DNA of 36,326 bases from an uncultured Lentisphaerota bacterium (lineage in GTDB: Bacteria > Verrucomicrobiota > Lentisphaeria > Oligosphaerales > CAJXKU01): the NCBI GenBank assembly GCA_913055945.1, contig CAJXKU010000002.1:1-36326 (forward strand). The letters run 5' to 3'. The notes beneath the pieces are model-generated. The model had not been told where the DNA came from. It saw only the letters and a list, made by a program, of their open reading frames with translations, and made no database searches. Both the position numbers and the translations under genes were made by a program. Shown here piece by piece: positions 26,418 to 33,741 of the stretch (the stretch's first letter is position 1; the number at the start of each line of letters is the position of its first letter).

Positions 26418-26896
26418 AGTATCAACCCTCCGACCGCTTTGCAGTCCTGTAATGCCCGCAGGCACCGTGTCATTGTGAGTAATGTCTCTCCGAAGTCGTC
26501 AAACAGCAATACCCGCTGCTCTGTCACGTCCGCTGCCAGTTCTGTCTTGTAATCCTGTAACTTTGCACCCCGCCAGCAACGTGTTTTTCTATTCGCCGGC
26601 GCAAAGACTGTCTCAAAGTCGATGTTCAGCCAGCGTGCAACTCGTGTCCCGATCCACTCAGCGAACGGAACGCCGTCTGCACTTGCCGGTGGAACCGTCA
26701 CCATATCAAAGCGCCCGCCTAAAAAATGCTGTATCACCCGACGTGGCGCCTCGATAAGGTCGGCGTCTGATTCTTGTTTACGCTTTAATCGCATCAGTTC
26801 ACGCTTAGCTTTTATATTGCGTCCTGAATACACCGCTCGAAACCGTATGCCGTCGCGAAATTGGCTATAGAAAGGATGTCCTACGTCAACTATCAC
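26405..26896 (-). CDS. ComF-like phosphoribosyltransferase-fold protein with a degenerate PRPP-binding loop
   Basis: MVTVPPAS... / ...RVLLFDDFGETLLTMTRCLRAL aligns by eye to the ComF/PRTase layout (ivpVP ... vlLvDDVxTTGxT), but the TTG phosphate-binding residues are replaced. The likely GTG start at 26896 is preceded by GGAGAGG and overlaps the ParB-like stop. The ORF-track TTG start is at 26929. Confidence 0.45.
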   Translation of the reverse strand: MIVDVGHPFYSQFRDGIRFRAVYSGRNIKAKRELMRLKRKQESDADLIEAPRRVIQHFLGGRFDMVTVPPASADGVPFAEWIGTRVARWLNIDFETVFAPANRKTRCWRGAKLQDYKTELAADVTEQRVLLFDDFGETLLTMTRCLRALQDCKAVGGLILCGV

Positions 26897-27506
26897 CTTG
26901 TAGCCTCTCCAATACCTTTGAACCGTCAATGACCCGACCCGTGCCCGTAGGCTGGTTTTTCCGGGGAATAAGGTCTTTCACTTGCTTCAGTCCGAGCTTG
27001 TCCATTGCCACCTGCCAGTCCATCGGGTTGCTGAAGTACAGAACCACATAGTTATGCTCGAGCAACAACTCTTCGCTGAATTCGACCTCTGCCTGTTCTT
27101 CCGGCTCGGCTGCCTGCTGGCTTTCCGCAAAGATGGCGTTGAGTTCGTCTTGCGGAAACCCCCATCCTTCCAGCTCCTGCTTCTCGAAAAACTCGGCGAG
27201 TGCCTTGTCGTCGAATTCGCCAGTGTTACGATTGAGCCGGATGTTTAACTCCCGTTCCCTGTCGCGGTCAAGCTCCACCTCGACGCAAGGTATCGTATCG
27301 TGTCCGAGTTCCTGCCATATCCGTAGACGCTGGTGACCACCGATTACTATATTTCGGCGATCTTCGTGTGTGTTCACGATGATGGGATCCACACAACCAA
27401 ACCTCTGCATTGAATCCCGCAGAGCTTTTTCGTCCTCTTTGCCCAACGTGCGCGGGTTGTACTCGCTTTCGACCAATTCTTTGATACTCCGTTCTTTGAT
27501 CTGCAT
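26886..27506 (-). CDS. ParB/Srx N-terminal-domain protein (of the type usually fused to phage DNA methyltransferases), no partner enzymatic domain
   Basis: IKELVESEYNPRTL...ALRDSMQRFGCVDPIIVN...IVIGGHQRLRIWQELGHDTIP matches ParB-N (ParBc) motifs. I chose the ATG at 27506. The acidic/helical C-terminal half has no recognisable catalytic motif. Confidence 0.7.
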   Translation of the reverse strand: MQIKERSIKELVESEYNPRTLGKEDEKALRDSMQRFGCVDPIIVNTHEDRRNIVIGGHQRLRIWQELGHDTIPCVEVELDRDRERELNIRLNRNTGEFDDKALAEFFEKQELEGWGFPQDELNAIFAESQQAAEPEEQAEVEFSEELLLEHNYVVLYFSNPMDWQVAMDKLGLKQVKDLIPRKNQPTGTGRVIDGSKVLERLQGDS

Positions 27507-27554
27507 ACATACCCCCAATGAAAGGGGCGCCCCGAAGAGCGCCCCGGTTTGTGT

Positions 27555-27749
27555 TTACGCCGACGGTCGGTTGCCGGTGCCCTTCGCGTACTTCGCTGCC
27601 ACGTCACGTATTGCCTCGGCAATTAGCCGGGCAGTCTCTTCGGGCTTTTCAGCGACGGCTTTCCGATCACGGCACAGCTCTTTGAAATGCTCTGCCATTC
27701 CGTTCGCCAGTCCTTGTCTGTAGCCTTCGTTGTACGTCTTCTCTGCCAT
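27555..27749 (-). CDS. 64-aa hypothetical protein
   Basis: The ATG at 27749 has AGGAGG 9 nt upstream. Sequence MAEKTYNEGYRQGLANGMAEHFKELC..., helical. The longer ORF-track version (to 28034) overlaps the upstream gene out of frame. Confidence 0.5.
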   Translation of the reverse strand: MAEKTYNEGYRQGLANGMAEHFKELCRDRKAVAEKPEETARLIAEAIRDVAAKYAKGTGNRPSA

Positions 27750-27780
27750 TGTTTCGATCCTCCTGTTTGTTTGTTTTTGT

Positions 27781-28173
27781 TTAGATGCCCGGAGGTTCTG
27801 TGTAACCTGGGGGCCTCGCATCCTTACCTTGTTTGCTATCCGCCGGCTGTGCGGGTGGACTCTGCACATCACCGACCGGCGGCAGTGACTCGCGCCGCCC
27901 GGACGTCGCCTTCTCGCGCTTACCGCTGGACACGGATACCTTTCGCTGATTACGTCCTCGCTTTTTCTTGCCCCGCTGCGCCATAAGTGCATCGAATGAG
28001 GCAGGCGGAATTTCCCGTGTCCGAAAAACCGCAATGAGCTTATCCGGTGAACATGTCGCGCACCAATGTTCGCAATGTCTGGTGTGATCCTTCAGTCGCA
28101 GTGCTTTCAATGTCGCCGTTTCGTACCCGCCGCACTTCGGGCATTGTTGTGGTTTGTGCAGTGCATCTTCCAT
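27781..28173 (-). CDS. zinc-ribbon protein with a basic disordered tail (possibly Ogr/Delta-like)
   Basis: CPKCGGYETATLKALRLKDHTRHCEHWCATC, followed by KKKRGRNQRK...GKREKATSGRR. The ATG lies 1 nt after the upstream stop. Confidence 0.5.
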   Translation of the reverse strand: MEDALHKPQQCPKCGGYETATLKALRLKDHTRHCEHWCATCSPDKLIAVFRTREIPPASFDALMAQRGKKKRGRNQRKVSVSSGKREKATSGRRESLPPVGDVQSPPAQPADSKQGKDARPPGYTEPPGI

Positions 28174-28174
28174 A

Positions 28175-29116
28175 TTATGCCTCCGTATACAGTTTGTTGA
28201 GTCGCGTACTGCGTGCCCTTTTGCATTGCCCGGAACACGTCAACTGCCCTTTTTCGCGGGACACCGCCGCTGAACACTCTGAACATTCTGCGGAGAACAT
28301 CTGGTTTCTGAACCGCCAATAGTGGTCACGCACCCAATCAACTGCATCGGGCTCCCAGCCGCAACATGGAACCCCGAGCGATATTTCGTGCGTTTGCGTA
28401 TGCTTGATCCGCTGCCGCTCTGACCGCTTGGCTTTGCCGTAAACCTGCACGCATTCCTTGATCTCCGCATTAGACGGCTCCGGGACGTCCATCATGTCGG
28501 GCACTGCGTCCTTATCTTCGGCAATCGCACGGCCTTGCTCGGTCAAGGCATAGTACGTGTTACCCATTGCGTCACCAGCTACCTGCACCCACCCGCGCGC
28601 TGCTACCGACGTCATATCGAAGATGGTGTTGAACAGAATTGTTTCATCCCGTGTTCTGCGTGCTTTAGACGAGAAACCCCACTCCGGGACACCCGCAACT
28701 CCCCAAAAAGGAAGCCAGCGCTTGTCCTGAAACTCGATGCAGATCGGCGTCTCGGACTCGTAGGCCGCCATGTCTTCGAGATACATGCACAGGCAATCGA
28801 CTGGCCCCTGCTGGAGGAACATTTCGCAAGCCTGAAAGCCCTGTTCACTGAACCGAACCGACTGCACAGACCTGTCCGCGCCAGTGGTTTGGACGAGCTG
28901 CTTATCCAGCAACGCTCGTAACGCCCGATGCCGCTTTTGGCGCTCGTTTGCGTCCCCGCCACTCGAAGCAACCGTGATTCCACCTCCATTTGAGTATTGC
29001 ACCCTCGCAGCTTGCCTTTTACACTCGAAGTCCCTGCTGCCATCCGGCTGGGGTGGCTCATATACCGCATCCAACCTACCTTTTAACTCGATCAGAAGTT
29101 GTCTGGTATTGTTCAT
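28175..29116 (-). CDS. 313-aa hypothetical protein with a C-terminal Cys cluster
   Basis: Long ORF with an ATG start and gacaggagc upstream. C-terminal CSECSAAVSREKGQLTCSGQC. No family recognised. Confidence 0.6.
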   Translation of the reverse strand: MNNTRQLLIELKGRLDAVYEPPQPDGSRDFECKRQAARVQYSNGGGITVASSGGDANERQKRHRALRALLDKQLVQTTGADRSVQSVRFSEQGFQACEMFLQQGPVDCLCMYLEDMAAYESETPICIEFQDKRWLPFWGVAGVPEWGFSSKARRTRDETILFNTIFDMTSVAARGWVQVAGDAMGNTYYALTEQGRAIAEDKDAVPDMMDVPEPSNAEIKECVQVYGKAKRSERQRIKHTQTHEISLGVPCCGWEPDAVDWVRDHYWRFRNQMFSAECSECSAAVSREKGQLTCSGQCKRARSTRLNKLYTEA

Positions 29117-29146
29117 ATTTTTTTGCTCCTGTCACAATTTGCCGAC

Positions 29147-29180
29147 AAAAAATACCCGACTGTCGCTTGTCGCACTCGGG
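29147..29180 (-). terminator. intrinsic terminator between the 183-aa and 313-aa genes
   Basis: The minus strand reads CCCGAGTG-cgacaagcga-CAGTCGGG (7 bp plus 1 mismatch) followed by TATTTTTTGT. It ends about 30 nt before the 313-aa gene ATG. Confidence 0.5.
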
Positions 29181-29327
29181 CGTTCGTTTTATCGAGCGAA
29201 GGACCCAACAGGGGGGGTGAAAAGGTGGTCGAAGCAGAACTGCAATCCTACAAACAGTTCCGCCCCGACCCGCCGCATCGCTCCTACGTGCCGGCTGGTT
29301 AACGGCGTCGGCCACGATGCGACAACT

Positions 29328-29879
29328 TCATTCACTCACGCTCGCCACCTGCAACTTCTTAGCCTGCAGTAAACTACGCGCATACTCCAGTGCTTTCGGG
29401 TCGTTCATGCGGCGTTCGCCTGCATCGCGCAAAGATTCCGAAGCGAGATTCGCGTTTTTGACACGCTCGGCATCCTGTGCCACTACTTGCGCGTGCCCTT
29501 TTTCCAGACCGTCATTGCACAGCGATTTTACCGTTTCGTTATACGCCTTTTCGCGCTCTTGCCGCAACCGTTTGCCCTCCGCAGAGCGATCACGATACAA
29601 CAATTCGTGCAACTCCGGCAACATCGTCCTGGCTTCGACTTCTGAAGCCAAAGCACGCAACTCAGCATCCTGCACCGCCTGCCCAGCTTTCCGAATGTCT
29701 GCCGGGTCCACCATCTCGACGATGCTGTCGCGCGCTTCTTCCACTTCCTGCTCGGCATTCGCAACGTCTTTGACGTACTCATTGAACATTTTCAGCTTCT
29801 CTCGGGACTCCTGAGACATCCATCCTTGCCGCGCAATCTGTTTCAGTTCTGCTTCTGCGTTCGCGAGTTGAATTGCCAT
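29328..29879 (-). CDS. 183-aa coiled-coil hypothetical protein
   Basis: ATG with gacaggagatagaca upstream. Highly charged helical sequence rich in E/A/R/K/Q. No family recognised. Confidence 0.6.
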   Translation of the reverse strand: MAIQLANAEAELKQIARQGWMSQESREKLKMFNEYVKDVANAEQEVEEARDSIVEMVDPADIRKAGQAVQDAELRALASEVEARTMLPELHELLYRDRSAEGKRLRQEREKAYNETVKSLCNDGLEKGHAQVVAQDAERVKNANLASESLRDAGERRMNDPKALEYARSLLQAKKLQVASVSE

Positions 29880-30008
29880 TTGTCTATCTCCTGTCTTCTG
29901 TTTGTTGTTACCCCCCCGGTCTATTTCGAGAACCGCATCCGGCGGCTTCCCCAGGGGGGATGATTTTGTGTCAGCCTTGCCGTAAATATTGGCAAAGCAA
30001 CCCTATTG

Positions 30009-30036
30009 AAATTATCTGCATCGCCGCCATTGCCAA
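30009..30036 (-). promoter_or_regulatory. candidate sigma70-type promoter for the 183-aa gene unit
   Basis: The minus strand reads TTGGCA (30031-30036), a 16-nt spacer, then TAATTT (30009-30014). A G/C-rich structured leader (cccccctgg...ccggggggg) follows. Confidence 0.35.
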
Positions 30037-30053
30037 TAGAATAAATAACATTG

Positions 30054-30509
30054 TCACACCTCCAACTTTGCTTTGAATTCTTGACACTGCCGGAAGAATT
30101 GCCGTAGAATTTGCAAGGTTGCTGTCGCTGCATGTTTCGTATCCGTCGCCCAAACAAACGGCACAGAATACCGAATCTGCCACGAAGAAACCGATGCTAT
30201 TAAGCACTGGGGCTTCAGTTGGCTTCTATACCGCCCCTGAACCGCGTCCTCGAAAGTCGCTTCGACTACAACCGCCCGGCATCGGTACGCCTGAAGACGA
30301 TGCAGTTCCGATCTGAACCGCTGCCGGTTGCTGTTCGTACAACATGAAACCAAGTCGGGCAGGCTCTTGCGCTCGACGGCGCATAATTCCTCGAGACCGC
30401 TCAGCGAATAATCGCCTGCACCCAATGTCCCGACCTGAACGCTGACCCCAACAGGAAATTGAAGAGGATCCTGTTCACGCGAGTCTTGAATTATTGCTGG
30501 CAACTCCAT
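30054..30509 (-). CDS. ERCC4 (XPF/Mus81/Hef-like) nuclease-domain protein
   Basis: IIQDSREQDP...GDYSL...AVERKSLPDLVSC matches the ERCC4 D.RE / GDY / ERK.x.DL signature. The start overlaps the primase stop (TGATG). Confidence 0.7.
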   Translation of the reverse strand: MELPAIIQDSREQDPLQFPVGVSVQVGTLGAGDYSLSGLEELCAVERKSLPDLVSCCTNSNRQRFRSELHRLQAYRCRAVVVEATFEDAVQGRYRSQLKPQCLIASVSSWQIRYSVPFVWATDTKHAATATLQILRQFFRQCQEFKAKLEV

Positions 30510-31660
30510 CAGTTCAGCCCCTCTGCTCTCAATGCTTCAGCGTCGCTCATACCGCCGTCCACTGTCCGTATTGCCAGACGTTCCAACTGTTCAACCGAAA
30601 AGCGCTCTTCCCATTCCTCCGGGAACGGCTGTATCGTGTTTTGCGTCTTTGTACGCTCACTAATCCCCAGACCTGTGCAGACCCATCGTCTGACCACGCC
30701 CTGCATGTCGCCGCAATCCTTCCCGACCGGCAACCACCGCTGCGTATTGTTCAACCGTACCTGCCACCAACCCGCCGCCTTCATTCCTGCGTCGTCTCTG
30801 TCGAAGGAAAGCAGAACCAACGGAGAAGCGGACAATCGATAAACCCACTTTTGAACCCGTGAACCAGTGCTTGCCCCCGTGGCGACCGGCGTTACCAAGT
30901 CCTCGGCCGCCTGTTCAATGAGAATGGCGTCGAGTTCGCCTTCAACCAGCACCGCCGGTTTGTCTGTACCCAACGTATCAGCGTTGAATAAGCCATTCCT
31001 GAAGCCACGCGGCCCCATGTACTTGTTACCGTTCCCCGGCTCCGGGCGCCTAACGTTCAACCGCCAGACCGTGCCGTCGATCCACCAAGGAATTACGAGT
31101 CCCGCCGGGAGAAAGACATCTTTTGCGTTTTCGTTTGTAGGCAGCCCCCAGTCTTCAGGCTTGTAATACTGATCCCGTGCGTTCCAACCGAGCCCCCACC
31201 GTTGTGCAGTGTCTTGTGTTATTCCGCGGGAGTGTAGGTATTCGCGCCCGGCTTTGCCCGAATTGTCCCACAAACGGTTTTTCGCGCTTATTGCGACTGC
31301 TTCAGCTTTCGCCGCCCACGTCTCCGTAGGCTTCTCAGATTGTTTGAGAGGCGCCCTCTTTGAACGCTGCAATGGCATATTTGCGCTCTGGGGCACGTCA
31401 CCGCCGCTTAACCGCTCGCAGGCTTCCTGAAAGGACACCCCCTCATATTCTTGTATGAAAGCGATGGCGTCACCACTCCAACCGCACCCCAAACAGTGGC
31501 ATAGCTTCGCGTTTCCCCGTACAATTCCGAACGACGGGTTGCGATCCTTATGAAACGGGCAGTGCCAATGTCCTGACCGTGCAGGCTTGCCCAGCTTGCG
31601 GATAAGTACGCTTTCAAGGCTGTGCTTCTCTAACAAACTTTCTGTATCTATCGTTGTCAT
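30509..31660 (-). CDS. DnaG-like primase (CHC2 zinc finger + Toprim)
   Basis: HCPFHKDRNPSFGIV...CLGCGWSGDAIAF is a CHC2 finger, and VLVEGELDAILIEQ / SFDRDDAG are Toprim acidic motifs. I chose the ATG at 31660, preceded by GGAGG. The ORF-track extension to 31777 is translated iterons (KWFTWFTWFT). Confidence 0.8.
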   Translation of the reverse strand: MTTIDTESLLEKHSLESVLIRKLGKPARSGHWHCPFHKDRNPSFGIVRGNAKLCHCLGCGWSGDAIAFIQEYEGVSFQEACERLSGGDVPQSANMPLQRSKRAPLKQSEKPTETWAAKAEAVAISAKNRLWDNSGKAGREYLHSRGITQDTAQRWGLGWNARDQYYKPEDWGLPTNENAKDVFLPAGLVIPWWIDGTVWRLNVRRPEPGNGNKYMGPRGFRNGLFNADTLGTDKPAVLVEGELDAILIEQAAEDLVTPVATGASTGSRVQKWVYRLSASPLVLLSFDRDDAGMKAAGWWQVRLNNTQRWLPVGKDCGDMQGVVRRWVCTGLGISERTKTQNTIQPFPEEWEERFSVEQLERLAIRTVDGGMSDAEALRAEGLN

Positions 31661-31676
31661 ATAAACCTCCGAATTA

Positions 31677-31783
31677 GTGAACCAAGTGAACCAAGTGAAC
31701 CATTTACCTTTTTTATGTTTGATAATGTTTCTATGGGAAAAAAACAGAAAGAGGGTCACTTCATTCACTTCATTCACTGTGAA
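31677..31783. other. candidate replication origin: inverted iteron sets flanking a 52-nt AT-rich spacer
   Basis: gtgaaccaa gtgaaccaa gtgaaccat (31677-31703); then ttaccttttttatgtttgataatgtttctatgggaaaaaaacagaaagaggg; then tcacttcat tcacttcat tcactgtga (31756-31782). The GTGAA core therefore occurs 3x on each strand, ending in the palindrome ttcactgtgaa (31773-31783). Confidence 0.6.
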
Positions 31784-33422
31784 TGAGAGTCAACCCCCTG
31801 TAAACCTTTTTCCCGCCCGAACCGCGACTACTCTCGAACCCTCTCTCTTTAACCGCGAGTCCGAAGTTACGCTGGTTTAACACTCCGAAGCCTCCATGCT
31901 CTGCCCAGCTTTTGTAGGCTTGGTAAAGTTCGCTACTTGATACTGACAACTCCCTTGACTGCTCGCAGCACTCTTCCAGAAAAATCCCTACTACGTCTTG
32001 CTCGTTTCGGTACTCATTCGTAGCTCTTTCCACCGCGTTAGGCATTCCAAGCCCCTTGTCCTGCCATTCGCGGCAACCGTCAACCGCCCAGCGCAGAACG
32101 CCGGGCAATTCCTGCGTGAGCTTGTACGCAAGGTTCGGGTCGCGTTCTGAATTCTCAAACCGTGCCGTAAACGGAACCAACCTCACCCGTCGCCAGATAC
32201 CTTCATCAGTCCCGTTTATCTGGGGCTTGTGGTTACAGGCGAGCCATAACTTGAACTCCGGGTTGAACTCGAAGCTGTTCTGGTGGAGGAACCGCGCTGT
32301 AATAGGTTCGCCGCCCGTCGCGTCCTTAACAAAGGATTCGTCTAAACGGTGCCCCTTTGCCGTCTCTGAAGTCGTAGCAAAACGGGCGCCCCTTAACCGT
32401 GCGCGGTCTTCAGGGATCCTGCCCGTGTCGCGAGCGGTAAACGCTTCTATGTTTGTATGCAGTGCCAAGGGACCCAACGCTGCCCGCAAAGTATTCAGAA
32501 ACGTGGACTTGCCGTTTGCCCCGATCCCATACAGGATGAAGAACACCTGCTCGGATATGTCACCCGTGAGGCTATAACCGACTGCTCTATGAATAAAATC
32601 GATTAACTCCGCGTCTCCCTTAAATACCTCATTCAGGAATTGCTCCCACCGCGGGCATGTTGCCTGGGGGTCATATTTCAAAGGCAGGACGTGTGTTATA
32701 AAATCATCACGGCGATGTTGCCGCAGTTCTCCTGTGCGCAAGTCAATCGTGCCGTTTTTGCAGTTCACAAGCCACGGGCTGCGGTCGAACTTGTCCACCG
32801 TGAGTGTCATACCGGGCTCCGCGGCTGCAAGGTTCAACATTGCCCCGCGTCGCCGCTCTTCCAACGACTTATTAGCCCACTTGAGCAGTTGCTCTTGTCG
32901 TTTCTGTTCTTCCTCAGACTGAGCGCTCAGTTCAAAACACTCCGCTCGAATGGCGTCTGATACCTGCGAGGTCAACCCCAGCACATAATTTTCATTGTCC
33001 GGCTGCCAGTGCGTTCCCGCCCACCGATACCAGCACTTTGCCTCAGTTACGAAACGCAGGTCACGCCCTGCCATATCAACAAGGCGCCGGGCGTTGCCCG
33101 TGTCCGTTTGCGTATATTCACGCTGGGGCTGTTCTGGACTACTTCCGCTTAACGCTGCGAGTCCTTTCGCGTCGTTCTGTAAAGCATTCCGCATAAAGTC
33201 GCGTCGCTGTTCTATGTCGTTTATCCGAAGTGCCTCCGTTGCCAAGTCCGCATATTCATCCGAAACGCCCTCGCTGGTATTGGCGCCGTCGAATATCTGA
33301 GCCAAAACGTTGGCATTCTCTCTGTCACCCGCTATATTATTATTAACGGTTGTCGCCGTCGCCTCTTCATTTACCCCGTTGGCATTCCCCAGCGGGGTTT
33401 TTTCTTGTGTGTCCCTACTCAT
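31770..33422 (-). CDS. P4/D5-family SF3 helicase (phage/plasmid primase C-terminal-domain type)
   Basis: GNARRLVDMAGRDLRFV...WYRWAGTHWQPD; PWLVNCKNGTIDLRTGELRQHRRDDFIT; CPRWEQFLNEVF; and Walker A ILYGIGANGKSTF. These are typical of the P4-alpha/D5 helicase module. The ATG at 33422 has GGGAGG upstream and overlaps the previous gene by 8 nt. Confidence 0.85.
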   Translation of the reverse strand: MSRDTQEKTPLGNANGVNEEATATTVNNNIAGDRENANVLAQIFDGANTSEGVSDEYADLATEALRINDIEQRRDFMRNALQNDAKGLAALSGSSPEQPQREYTQTDTGNARRLVDMAGRDLRFVTEAKCWYRWAGTHWQPDNENYVLGLTSQVSDAIRAECFELSAQSEEEQKRQEQLLKWANKSLEERRRGAMLNLAAAEPGMTLTVDKFDRSPWLVNCKNGTIDLRTGELRQHRRDDFITHVLPLKYDPQATCPRWEQFLNEVFKGDAELIDFIHRAVGYSLTGDISEQVFFILYGIGANGKSTFLNTLRAALGPLALHTNIEAFTARDTGRIPEDRARLRGARFATTSETAKGHRLDESFVKDATGGEPITARFLHQNSFEFNPEFKLWLACNHKPQINGTDEGIWRRVRLVPFTARFENSERDPNLAYKLTQELPGVLRWAVDGCREWQDKGLGMPNAVERATNEYRNEQDVVGIFLEECCEQSRELSVSSSELYQAYKSWAEHGGFGVLNQRNFGLAVKERGFESSRGSGGKKVYRGLTLIHSE

Positions 33423-33741
33423 AACTAACACCTCCCTTCATCACCGTCTCCACGTCTTCCGAGTGGAAGCGCAGTGACTTTCGACTGCTGGTCAGGTAAA
33501 CCGCTCGCAGCGTGCCCGCGTTCCGCAGACGATGCACAGTTTTTGTGCTACAGTTCAACTTCCACGCCACCTGCTGCACAGTGAGAAGGTGCGTTTCTTT
33601 TGGCGAGGTGTCGTTCTCTCCATCCTGCGATTTTCTTGCGAGGCGCACCAATTCGTTAAACTGATCCGCGGGAATAATCCCGCTCTCTACTGCGGGCTTG
33701 CAGAATTGTCTTACGTTCTGAATAGTGCTCTTCGTAATCAT
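33415..33741 (-). CDS. excisionase-family / MerR-like HTH DNA-binding protein
   Basis: LLTVQQVAWKLNCSTKTVHRLRNAGTLRAV is a Xis/AlpA-type HTH. It has an ATGA start/stop overlap with the upstream XRE gene. Confidence 0.55.
   Translation of the reverse strand: MITKSTIQNVRQFCKPAVESGIIPADQFNELVRLARKSQDGENDTSPKETHLLTVQQVAWKLNCSTKTVHRLRNAGTLRAVYLTSSRKSLRFHSEDVETVMKGGVSYE

Noticed and set aside
31661-31777. N-terminal extensions of island and host ORFs in the ORF track (primase to 31777, integrase to 35882, XRE to 34046, 64-aa ORF to 28034, zinc-ribbon protein to 25413, DHOD-like to 23223)
   Set aside because: Each extension lacks an RBS and starts at a non-ATG or runs through regulatory DNA (iterons, promoter, terminator). 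In every case an internal ATG with a strong Shine-Dalgarno sequence matches the expected family N-terminus.
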